DNA from: a virus
Taxonomy: Duplodnaviria; Caudoviricetes
Strand: one strand, 5' to 3'
Virus record (IMG/VR): IMGVR_UViG_3300038679_000076
Coordinates: 1-31,842 of that record
DNA: 31,842 nucleotides
The position numbers were made by a program, and so were the translations under genes. Positions 9,604-16,909 of the stretch are shown here, one piece after another. The notes below the pieces were generated by a model. The model had not been told where the DNA came from, searched no databases, and saw only the letters and a program-made list of their open reading frames with translations. Each line of letters begins with the position of its first letter. Position 1 is the stretch's first letter.

Positions 9604-10209
9604 ATGGACGGGTTCTCCCTTTCCGACGCGCTCCCGCTCGCTGGGCAGCAGAAGCCGCGGCCGGCGCCGCGCGTGCTCTACGGCACCGTGGAGACGAGCT
9701 CGCCGCTCGCCGTGGTCATCGACGGGGACGCGGACCCGACCCCCGCGGTCTCCTGCGTCGGGGATCCGCCGGTGGGCACCCGCGTCGTCATGCTGCTCCA
9801 GCAGACGGTGCTCGTCGCGATCGGTGCGGTCGGCAACTGCCAGTACGCGGTAGGAGACCTGTACACCACCACGAGCACGACCGCCCCCGGCGACCGCTGG
9901 CCGGGCACCACCTGGGAGGCATACGCGGCGGGCCGCGTGCTCGTGGGCCTGGACGCGAGCGACGCGAGCTTCGACACGCTAGGCGAGACCGACGGCGCCA
10001 AGACGCACACGCTCTCCGCGGCCGAGATGCCGTCGCACACCCACCTGCTCGACGCCGGCGGTACTGCCGGCTCCGGGTCGACCGCCCCAGTCCGGGCGAC
10101 GAGTGCCGCGTACGCGAACGCCCTCATCACGAAATCGGCGGGAAGCGGCCAGGCGCACAACAACCTGCCGCCGTACATCGTCGTGAGGATCTGGCGGCGC
10201 ACGGCGTAG
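9604..10209 (+). CDS. Baseplate / tail-collar-like minor tail protein
   Basis: YAVGDLY..PGTTWE..GRVLVG..G.KTHTLS..EMPSHTH..AHNNLPPYIVV.IWRRTA. Confidence 0.85.
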   Translation: MDGFSLSDALPLAGQQKPRPAPRVLYGTVETSSPLAVVIDGDADPTPAVSCVGDPPVGTRVVMLLQQTVLVAIGAVGNCQYAVGDLYTTTSTTAPGDRWPGTTWEAYAAGRVLVGLDASDASFDTLGETDGAKTHTLSAAEMPSHTHLLDAGGTAGSGSTAPVRATSAAYANALITKSAGSGQAHNNLPPYIVVRIWRRTA

Positions 10210-10214
10210 GCCCA

Positions 10215-10233
10215 GTGACCCGTGGGCGACCAT
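10215..10233 (+). promoter_or_regulatory. Putative late promoter motif before lysis cassette (GTGAC-N8-GACCAT)
   Basis: Same spacing as copies at 23912, 28188 and 30066. Confidence 0.6.
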
Positions 10234-10255
10234 GGCTCCAAGAAGAGGAGGCTCC

Positions 10256-11056
10256 ATGCTCGAGAATCTCGTGATCTCCCCGTCGCAGCAGCCGCACAAC
10301 CAGTACACCGGCGAGGGCACCGGCATCGCCGACTCGGAGCAGGCGTGGATGGGGAAGCTCGCCGACAAGGTGAAGAAGCGCGTCGACGCGCAGGGGTGGG
10401 GCATCACCTGCCGCGTCATCAAGGAAGGCTCAGTCGGCGGCCAGGTGCGCAAGAGCAACGTGCTTGACGCGACCGAGCACGTCGCGCTCCACACGAACGC
10501 GGGAGGCGCCGGTGCGACGGGCACGCTCCTCATCCACTACCCTGGCTCGAAGAAGGGTGCCTCACTCGCCCGCGCTCTCTTCGCCGCGATCTCGCCCGCC
10601 TCGGACAACCCCGACGTGGGCATCTGGGCGAACGCGAAGTACTACGAGACGCGCGAGACGCATGCCCCCGCCGTCATCGTCGAGTACGCCTTCCATGATC
10701 GCGCAGACGAGGCCGCCGAGATCCGCCGCTCGCTCGACGAGTTCGCCGAGGCGACCGTGAAGGGCCTCGCCGCCTACTCGGGCCGCGCGTACAAGGCCCC
10801 CGGCACGAAGCCGCCCGCCCCACCGGCGACACCTCTCCCGGCACGGCCCATGCCGCTCCTGCGCCGGGGCAGCGTCGGCGGTGCCGTCAGGACGCTCCAG
10901 GCCGCGCTCAACAAGGCCGGCGCCTCGCCGCGCCTCGCCGTCGACGGCGTCTTCGGGCCGCGTACGCTGACCGAGGTGAAGGACTTCCAGCGCAAGAAGC
11001 GTCTCGTGGTCGACGGGATCGTCGGCCCGAGGACCTGGAAGGCGCTGGGTTACTAG
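10256..11056 (+). CDS. Endolysin: Amidase_3-type amidase with C-terminal PG_binding_1 domain
   Basis: ALHTNA, VEYAFHD; Pro-rich linker; L..GS.G..V..LQ..L, VDG.FG..T, FQ...L.VDGIVG..TW; GAGGAGG favours ATG 10256. Confidence 0.9.
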   Translation: MLENLVISPSQQPHNQYTGEGTGIADSEQAWMGKLADKVKKRVDAQGWGITCRVIKEGSVGGQVRKSNVLDATEHVALHTNAGGAGATGTLLIHYPGSKKGASLARALFAAISPASDNPDVGIWANAKYYETRETHAPAVIVEYAFHDRADEAAEIRRSLDEFAEATVKGLAAYSGRAYKAPGTKPPAPPATPLPARPMPLLRRGSVGGAVRTLQAALNKAGASPRLAVDGVFGPRTLTEVKDFQRKKRLVVDGIVGPRTWKALGY

Positions 11057-11514
11057 TGGACCTGGGCCTTGCCGCTGCGATCGCCATAGTCTCAGCTGCC
11101 GTGGCGGTCGCGAGCTTCCTAGTGAACGGCCGCCATACGTGGAAGCGGGAGGACCGCGAGCAGCAGATCCGCGCTGACGCCGAGGTCGACCGCACGATCG
11201 AGCTCTTGAAGGAGCAGAACGTGCTCCTCTCCGCGCAGAACGAGACGCTCGTCGCGACGCACAACGAGCTCGCGTGCCAGGGCGAGCGCCGCGAGCAGGA
11301 GTGGCACAAGCGCGAGCAGGAGTGGCTTCGCGAGAAGAAGGCGCTCGAGGTGCGCATCAGCGAGGTCGAGCGCGACTACCGGAACCTCGTCCTGACCGTC
11401 ACGACGATGGGGTTCTGTGCGAACGCCGCCACCTGCGCTACGTACAATCCCGGCGACCGCCGGGCAAGACTCGCCGGGCCACCCGGCGACACACCGACCG
11501 AGGAGGCGCTATGA
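11056..11514 (+). CDS. Membrane-anchored coiled-coil lysis-cassette protein
   Basis: N-terminal hydrophobic helix then charged coiled coil; between endolysin and holin. Confidence 0.6.
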   Translation: MDLGLAAAIAIVSAAVAVASFLVNGRHTWKREDREQQIRADAEVDRTIELLKEQNVLLSAQNETLVATHNELACQGERREQEWHKREQEWLREKKALEVRISEVERDYRNLVLTVTTMGFCANAATCATYNPGDRRARLAGPPGDTPTEEAL

Positions 11515-11696
11515 GCATCCCCGCCAAGTACCGCAAAGCCGTGTACGTCGGCGCCATCGTCATCGCCGTCGCCGCGTTCGCCTCGGGCTTCGTCACGCCC
11601 GAGCAGGTGAACGCCGGGGTCGATACCGCGTCGCAGGTGGTCGCGCTCCTGGCGTCCATCCTCGCGCTGCTGAACCTGACACCCGACCCCGAGTGA
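11511..11696 (+). CDS. Holin (61 aa, two TM helices)
   Basis: MSIPAKYRKAVYVGAIVIAVAAFASG...VVALLASILALLNL; AGGAGG upstream; ATGA coupling. Confidence 0.75.
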   Translation: MSIPAKYRKAVYVGAIVIAVAAFASGFVTPEQVNAGVDTASQVVALLASILALLNLTPDPE

Positions 11697-11759
11697 CCGG
11701 GCGCACCCTCCCCCCAGTGTGAGTTCCGCGACCGCCGAGTCGCGTGGCTCCTCCTCCCT

Positions 11760-11792
11760 GGCCCCGCTCCTACCCCCCTCAGGAGCGGGGCC
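11760..11792 (+). terminator. Hairpin after lysis cassette
   Basis: Perfect 12-bp stem GGCCCCGCTCCT/AGGAGCGGGGCC; weak U-tract. Confidence 0.6.
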
Positions 11793-11850
11793 GCCCCTTC
11801 GCCCCGCCCGGTCATGCGCCGTTAGCGCGAGATAGCGCCTCCAAGACACA

Positions 11851-11878
11851 GGAGACGCCCCCTCTCGGGGGCGTCTCC
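11851..11878 (-). terminator. Terminator downstream of the tRNA 3' fragment
   Basis: Perfect 12-bp stem GGAGACGCCCCC/GGGGGCGTCTCC followed on the minus strand by TGTGTCTT. Confidence 0.7.
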
Positions 11879-11890
11879 GCAGGTCACAGG

Positions 11891-11935
11891 TGGTGGCCAG
11901 AGACGGACTTGAACCGCCGACACGGGGATTTTCAG
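11891..11935 (-). tRNA. 3' half of tRNA-Phe(GAA), att core (not a full gene)
   Basis: Minus strand CTGAAAATCCCCGTGTCGGCGGTTCAAGTCCGTCTCTGGCCACCA: anticodon loop, T-arm, acceptor 3' strand, CCA; no D-arm. Confidence 0.93.
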
Positions 11936-12002
11936 GCCGCGACACCACCTCGGGAAGCCGCAGGTGGGAGGGCATGCGCCCAGGTCAAGGCCGGTACGCT
12001 GC

Positions 12003-13220
12003 TCACGCCCCGACCCCTCCGACCCCTCGCGACGACGCCCCCTTAGCGCGCGATAGCGCGAGCCGTGCCGCGTCGTCGATGCGCTCGGCGTTGCCGTGGT
12101 CGGCCACCTTGAGGCGCTTCACGTAACGGTCGTCGGTGGTGGAGTCGCGCGAGTGCCCGGCGCGGATCGCGGCGTCGTGCACGCTCGCCCCGAGGCCGAG
12201 CAGCAGCGTCATCGAGGTGTGCCGGGCGTTCTTGAGCTCGATGTGGCGCACCGGCGGCGTGTAGATCACGCGGCCGGCCTTGTCCTTGCGCTCGCAGGTG
12301 AGCCGCCGCCAGCGGTGCGAGAAGCCGTCGGGCGTCATGCGCTGCCCGGTACGGTCGGCCATGATCGGGCCGATGCGCCCGTCGCCGCGGATCTCGAGCA
12401 GGCGCTCCACGACGAAGCCGGGGATGGCCACCACGCGCGCCGAGCGCTTCGTCTTCGGCTCCTTGGTCACGCGCCTGCCGGGCAGGCGGTGGTAGCTGTC
12501 GTCCACCGTGAGCGCCCCTGAGGGCCCGTTGGGGCCGCTCGCGAGCGCGAGGTCGCCCCAGTCAAGGGCGCACGTCTCAGACGCCCTGGTGCCGCAGGAG
12601 AAGGCGATGAGCACGCCCGGCTCGATGTCCATGCCGCGCACCGCCTCGAAGGCCGCGAGCACCTCCTCGAGGTCGTAGATGTCAGCCTCGTACGCGGCGA
12701 GCTCGGGCTTCGGGACGCGCGCCATCGGGTTCACGTCGACGATGCCGGACCCGAGGGCGTAGGCGAACGCGGCCGAGAGCATCTTGTAGGCGTTCAGGCG
12801 GGCGCCGGGGCTTTCGATCGAGCCGAGCGCGCGCGCGATCGCGTGGCTGTTCGCGTCCTTCACCTTGAGGCGGGCGAACAGCGGGTGGATGTGGTTGCGC
12901 ATCGTGGCCTCGTAGCCGCGGAGCGTCGTCTCGGCGAGCTCGCGGGTCGGCAGGTACTCCTCGTCGATGAAGGCCGGCACGCTCATCGACCCGTAGAACG
13001 CGGCGTCCACCGTGCCGTACTGCCGGCGCAGGCGCTCGATCCGCTCGGGCAGCTCGCGCCTCGTGCAGCGGAAGGTCCTGTCGACGCGCACCTGGCGGCC
13101 CGTCTCGGGGTCGTAGCCGACCGTGATGGCGACGCGGTACCTGCCGCCGCCTAGGTCGCGCACGCTGTCCCTGGCGGAGCGCACGGTCAGAGCCTCGCTT
13201 CGACGGGGAACGTGCGCCAC
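12003..13220 (-). CDS. int: Tyrosine integrase
   Basis: GTRASE, EPKT, KNARHT, AGHS..T...Y; N-terminal arm-binding region; adjacent attP. Exact start uncertain. Confidence 0.95.
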   Translation of the reverse strand: MAHVPRRSEALTVRSARDSVRDLGGGRYRVAITVGYDPETGRQVRVDRTFRCTRRELPERIERLRRQYGTVDAAFYGSMSVPAFIDEEYLPTRELAETTLRGYEATMRNHIHPLFARLKVKDANSHAIARALGSIESPGARLNAYKMLSAAFAYALGSGIVDVNPMARVPKPELAAYEADIYDLEEVLAAFEAVRGMDIEPGVLIAFSCGTRASETCALDWGDLALASGPNGPSGALTVDDSYHRLPGRRVTKEPKTKRSARVVAIPGFVVERLLEIRGDGRIGPIMADRTGQRMTPDGFSHRWRRLTCERKDKAGRVIYTPPVRHIELKNARHTSMTLLLGLGASVHDAAIRAGHSRDSTTDDRYVKRLKVADHGNAERIDDAARLALSRAKGASSRGVGGVGA

Positions 13221-13861
13221 ACGACGCGCCCGATGACCGTCACCTCGTCCGTGTCCGGCTTCGAGTAGTCGAAGACGAGGTCGCGCTCGGCGGGGTCGGC
13301 CGACTCGGCCTGGAGCACCACGCTCGTGCTCATCTTGTGGTAGCGCTTGATCGTGGCGTCGTAGCCGTTGACGTTGACGGCCGCCACGTCGCCTGATGAG
13401 ACCTCGGCGTCCGGGTCGACGAACGCGAAGCAGCCGTTCGGCAGCACGCGGTTCATGCTCTCCCCCGTCACCTTGAGGAAGAACCCCCGCGGATGCGCCC
13501 CGAGCACGTCAGGAGGGCACCAGAGGCGGTCCTCCACCACGAGCGACTCCACGGGCGTCCCCGCCGCGATGCGGCCGTACAGGGGCGCTGAGGTGTCCGA
13601 GGTGTAGGGCGCGCGGGTCTCGGCGGCGATGCCGAGGAGGTAGTCGATTCCGCCCTCGCTCATGATATCGAACGGACGCCTGACTCCGAACCGTCGGGCG
13701 ATCAGGTCGAGCCTGTCGGCGCGAGGCGCCTTCACCGCGCCGCTCAGCCACTTCGAGACGAGCTGGTTGCTCACACCGGCTATGTCGGCGACAGCCTGCT
13801 GGGTGAGGCCCTCTTTCGCCATCAAGGCGTCGAGATTCCGTGCGAACGCAGTGCTCATCAC
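13187..13861 (-). CDS. CI/LexA-like repressor (XRE HTH + S24 peptidase)
   Basis: LTQQAVADIAGVSNQLVSKW; IAAGTP cleavage site; GESMN and ATIKR catalytic motifs. Confidence 0.95.
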   Translation of the reverse strand: MMSTAFARNLDALMAKEGLTQQAVADIAGVSNQLVSKWLSGAVKAPRADRLDLIARRFGVRRPFDIMSEGGIDYLLGIAAETRAPYTSDTSAPLYGRIAAGTPVESLVVEDRLWCPPDVLGAHPRGFFLKVTGESMNRVLPNGCFAFVDPDAEVSSGDVAAVNVNGYDATIKRYHKMSTSVVLQAESADPAERDLVFDYSKPDTDEVTVIGRVVWRTFPVEARL

Positions 13862-13879
13862 TGCACCTCCTGCGTAGGG

Positions 13880-13908
13880 ATTATCGGCAGGATTCGGGAG
13901 AATATCAA
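13880..13908 (-). promoter_or_regulatory. Leftward repressor promoter TTGATA-N17-GATAAT
   Basis: Sigma70-like hexamers, 17-bp spacer, in the AT-rich gap upstream of GGAGG. Confidence 0.65.
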
Positions 13909-13928
13909 CTATTTATTGTGTTTCCTAC

Positions 13929-13957
13929 TTGCAATAGGGGTTGCGGTCCAGTATCGT
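13929..13957 (+). promoter_or_regulatory. Rightward early promoter TTGCAA-N17-TATCGT
   Basis: 17-bp spacer; -35 lies inside imperfect palindrome CCTACTTGCAATAGG (candidate operator). Confidence 0.65.
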
Positions 13958-13989
13958 CCCTAGTATCGCTAGACCACGAAGGAGGTCCG

Positions 13990-14208
13990 ATGACCATCAC
14001 ACCGAGAGCCGCCCGCGTGAACAAGGGGCTCACGCAGGTGGAGATCGCGCAGCTCATGGGCGTTTCTGTGGGCACGGTACAGCGGCTCGAGGCCGACATC
14101 CGCAGGGCGCGGGCTGACCACATCATGCGCTTCGCGGAGATAACCGGCACGGATCCGAATGATCTCCTGCTGCCCTCAGCCCCTAGTCTCACTGGGGCCG
14201 AGCGATGA
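13990..14208 (+). CDS. Cro-like XRE HTH regulator
   Basis: AARVNKGLTQVEIAQLMGVSVGTVQRLE; divergent from repressor; AAGGAGG SD. Confidence 0.9.
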   Translation: MTITPRAARVNKGLTQVEIAQLMGVSVGTVQRLEADIRRARADHIMRFAEITGTDPNDLLLPSAPSLTGAER

Positions 14209-14426
14209 GCGCCCCGACCGAGCAGGCCCCGGCCCCCCGCACGTTCTACACCCCCGCCGCGTGGGCCGAGGCCAACTCGCTCGGCATCAACGCGGTCTAC
14301 GAGTACCTGCGGCGCGAGAGCGACCCGCTGCCGCACATCAGACAGGGCCGCCGGAAGCTCGTCGACGACGAGCTCGCGGTGGCGTGGATGCGCCGGACGT
14401 TCGGCGCGAGAGGAGCCGCGTCATGA
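14205..14426 (+). CDS. Excisionase-like HTH protein
   Basis: LGINAVYEY....PLPHIRQGRRKLV pattern; follows cro. Confidence 0.75.
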   Translation: MSAPTEQAPAPRTFYTPAAWAEANSLGINAVYEYLRRESDPLPHIRQGRRKLVDDELAVAWMRRTFGARGAAS

Positions 14427-14590
14427 ACGAGCTCATGTACTTCGCACTCGGGGCCGGGACCGCCGCCGCGCTCATCGCGCTCGGGCAGCGCTACGAGGAC
14501 TACCTGATCCGCCGCGTCCGTGCCGATGCCGCGCGCCGCCACTTCGCGCGCACGCTCCTGACCACCTACCCGAAGGGAGGCCGCTGGTGA
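14423..14590 (+). CDS. Small predicted membrane protein (55 aa)
   Basis: ATGA coupling, AGGAG SD; hydrophobic N-terminus, basic tail. Confidence 0.55.
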   Translation: MNELMYFALGAGTAAALIALGQRYEDYLIRRVRADAARRHFARTLLTTYPKGGRW

Positions 14591-15411
14591 TCCCGATCGA
14601 CGACGACGATTCCTTGCGCTCGATCGACTGGTTCCCCGGCCCGGAGTTCGACGCCGAGCCGGAGCCGACGCCCGAGCCCGCCCCCGAGCCGACCCCGCTC
14701 GCGCCGCGTACCGAGAGGCGCCTGCCGGTGTGGCTGCTCGTGGCGGCAGGCGTGGTCGCGCTCTTGGTGGCGTTCTCGGTAGGCCGCACGTCGGGCCTGG
14801 CCGACGGCAACGAGCTCGCCACCGCCGCGGTGGCCGAGACGAGGACGGCGCAGGAGACGGCGGCGCAGGCCACCGACTACGCGTACTCGCTCGAGACGTC
14901 GCTTTCCGCCATGCACGAGCTCACCGACGAGCTCGCGGCGTCGGTCGCCTCAGCCACCGCCGAGGCCGAGCTCTTCCGCGACAGGTACGAGGATGCGCAG
15001 ATCACCATCGACGCGCTCAAGGCCACGCCCGAGGCGCAGCCGCAGTCACGGCGCACCACCGCCGCCCCGAAGGCCATACGCACGAGTGCCGGCGCGGCCG
15101 GTCAGGCCGCCGTGACGGGCGCGCTTACGGCCGCCGCCTCGCACTACGGCCTGACCGACGCAGAGACCACGTACATCGTCGGCACCGGTGTGCGTGTCGC
15201 GTCACGTGAGAGCGGCTGCGACCCCGCCGCGGTGAACCCGAACGGGCACTACGGCCTGTTCCAGTTCTCCGACGCCTGGGGATCGGGCGCGTGCAGCCAC
15301 GGCGCGAGCGACTGGAAGCTCTGCGGCACCTGCTCCTGCTACCGCTTCGTGAAGGTCTACGCCGACGGTGGCGACGCCGCCCTCGCACGGCACTGGGGGC
15401 AGACGCCCTAG
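14587..15411 (+). CDS. Membrane-anchored lytic transglycosylase (SLT/lysozyme-like)
   Basis: PEP repeats, TM helix, coiled coil, then RESGCDPAAVN..GHYGLFQF. Confidence 0.75.
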   Translation: MIPIDDDDSLRSIDWFPGPEFDAEPEPTPEPAPEPTPLAPRTERRLPVWLLVAAGVVALLVAFSVGRTSGLADGNELATAAVAETRTAQETAAQATDYAYSLETSLSAMHELTDELAASVASATAEAELFRDRYEDAQITIDALKATPEAQPQSRRTTAAPKAIRTSAGAAGQAAVTGALTAAASHYGLTDAETTYIVGTGVRVASRESGCDPAAVNPNGHYGLFQFSDAWGSGACSHGASDWKLCGTCSCYRFVKVYADGGDAALARHWGQTP

Positions 15412-15497
15412 CCATGCAGCCCGACGACTTCTTCTCTGCCGTCGAGGCACGGCAGAACCCCGCACCAGTCTTTCCGCGAACGCTGAGGAGGAACGCG

Positions 15498-15641
15498 ATG
15501 ACCGCACCACGACACGAGTGCACGCACCAGGGCTGCGACCGGGACTTCGGGAGTGCGCAGGCGCTCGCGCTCCACAAGACGCGGGCACACGGGAAGCCGA
15601 AGACGGCGACCGGGGGGGGGTACCGCCGTGAAGCAGCCTAG
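15498..15641 (+). CDS. 47-aa C2H2 zinc-finger protein (alternative in-frame start 15414)
   Basis: CTHQGCDRDFGSAQALALHKTRAH = C-x4-C-x3-F-x5-L-x2-H-x4-H; GAGGAGG SD. Confidence 0.7.
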   Translation: MTAPRHECTHQGCDRDFGSAQALALHKTRAHGKPKTATGGGYRREAA

Positions 15642-15954
15642 CGTTCCGACGTTCGAGCACTGCGACCACGTCGAGGACTGCCGCAAGGACCCGTCGAACA
15701 CGGACTGCGGGGCCGACCCGTGCAATCTCGTCGGCGAGCCGTACCCGGAGCAGCCCGAGGCCGTGAGCGACGGACGTGACAAGACGTTCCGTTTCCATCC
15801 GACGCAGGCGACCGACTACCGCCTCGAGGCGATTCTCGCCTGGGCTACAGCGGCTCTTGCGATGCTCGACTACGGTGATGCTCCAACCTCTCTACGTGAG
15901 CGCGAAGCCCGCGATTCTGTTGCGCGCATCATCCACCTGGCGGGTGGACGATGA
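15628..15954 (+). CDS. Hypothetical protein with Cys-rich N-terminus
   Basis: GTG after G-run; stop coupled to next ATG. Confidence 0.5.
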   Translation: MKQPSVPTFEHCDHVEDCRKDPSNTDCGADPCNLVGEPYPEQPEAVSDGRDKTFRFHPTQATDYRLEAILAWATAALAMLDYGDAPTSLREREARDSVARIIHLAGGR

Positions 15955-16475
15955 GGCCGCAGCGCCCCTGCGCCCAGCCGCACGGCACCATCGCCCGGTA
16001 CACCGCGGGCTGCTCGTGCCTCGCCTGCTGCGACGCCCGGAGGGACTACCAGCGCGAGTGGAAGCTCGACCCCGGCCGCACCGTCGACGCCGCACCAGTC
16101 GCCGCTCGCATCGAGACGCTCCTGCGCAACGGGTGGCGCACCCGCGCGATCGCCGAGCAGGCGGGCGTCTCGTACAACACCGTCCGCTACTGCCATAACG
16201 GCTGGCGGCCGGGCATCAGGCGGGACTCGGCGGCGGCGATCATGTCGCTCCCGGCACAGGCCCCCATCCCGACGGCCTCGAGCGCCCTCGTGCCCGCCCG
16301 CGCGGCGCTCCGGCTCATCGAGCGCCTGCAGGCCGACGGCTTCCCGACCGAGCGGATCGCACAAGAGTGCGGCGTGTCGCGCCGCTCGCTCCCCCAGCGC
16401 GGGCAGAGGAGCGTGCAGGCGAGGACGTACAAGCGCCTGGTGGACGCCTCGGCGCGCCTCAGGGCCGCCTCATGA
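15951..16475 (+). CDS. HTH DNA-binding protein with HGT..RY..GC.C..C motif
   Basis: Two HTH-like segments (IAEQAGVSYNTV, IAQECGVSRRSL). Confidence 0.7.
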   Translation: MRPQRPCAQPHGTIARYTAGCSCLACCDARRDYQREWKLDPGRTVDAAPVAARIETLLRNGWRTRAIAEQAGVSYNTVRYCHNGWRPGIRRDSAAAIMSLPAQAPIPTASSALVPARAALRLIERLQADGFPTERIAQECGVSRRSLPQRGQRSVQARTYKRLVDASARLRAAS

Positions 16476-16909
16476 GGACGGGCCCCTACACCTACGGCGA
16501 GGAGCACGCGATCGCGGTGCTCGCCCCGCTCGGGGCGCACTACCTCGCCATCGTGCTCGACCGCGACGTGGAGTGCGTGCGGCGCAAAGCGTCGCGGCTC
16601 GGCGTGAGCGTCAAGAAGCGGCCCGGCGGTTTCGATGTCCGGGAAATGTCCGAGGCGCAGCTGCGCATCATCGTGCGGCTCAACCCAGGGCTGCTCTGCC
16701 CCTCGTGCGGCAAGCGGTTCATCAACACGCCCTCGGGCGTCTGCGATCTGTGCCACCTGCGCGCGCTCACCACCAACCACGATCTCGAGTACCGCCGCCT
16801 CGCGCTCGATGCGAAGCGCGACTACGACACCGCCAAGCAGCGCCTGAGCCGCAAGCGCAAGGACCTCGGCGCCAAGGCGCCCAGGGCGAAGGACGGCGAC
16901 GGGGAGTGA
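16472..16909 (+). CDS. HTH + zinc-ribbon hypothetical protein
   Basis: LDRDVECVRRKASRLGV; CPSC...CDLC; coupled at both ends. Confidence 0.65.
   Translation: MRTGPYTYGEEHAIAVLAPLGAHYLAIVLDRDVECVRRKASRLGVSVKKRPGGFDVREMSEAQLRIIVRLNPGLLCPSCGKRFINTPSGVCDLCHLRALTTNHDLEYRRLALDAKRDYDTAKQRLSRKRKDLGAKAPRAKDGDGE

Larger units (their letters stand above)
11822..12059. other. attP with putative integrase arm sites
   Basis: TTAGCGCG(A/C)GATAGCGC at 11822-11838 and 12043-12059 flank the tRNA-derived core beside the integrase. Confidence 0.85.

Noticed and set aside
11693-11710. Fifth GTGAC promoter motif
   Set aside because: Spacer to CACCCT is 6 rather than 8 and no gene follows on that strand.
11891-11935. 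Functional phage tRNA gene
   Set aside because: 5' half is absent.
13393-13430. CTGATGA-GACC...GGTC as a second hammerhead
   Set aside because: No GAAA after stem II, no stems I/III, and antisense within the repressor gene.
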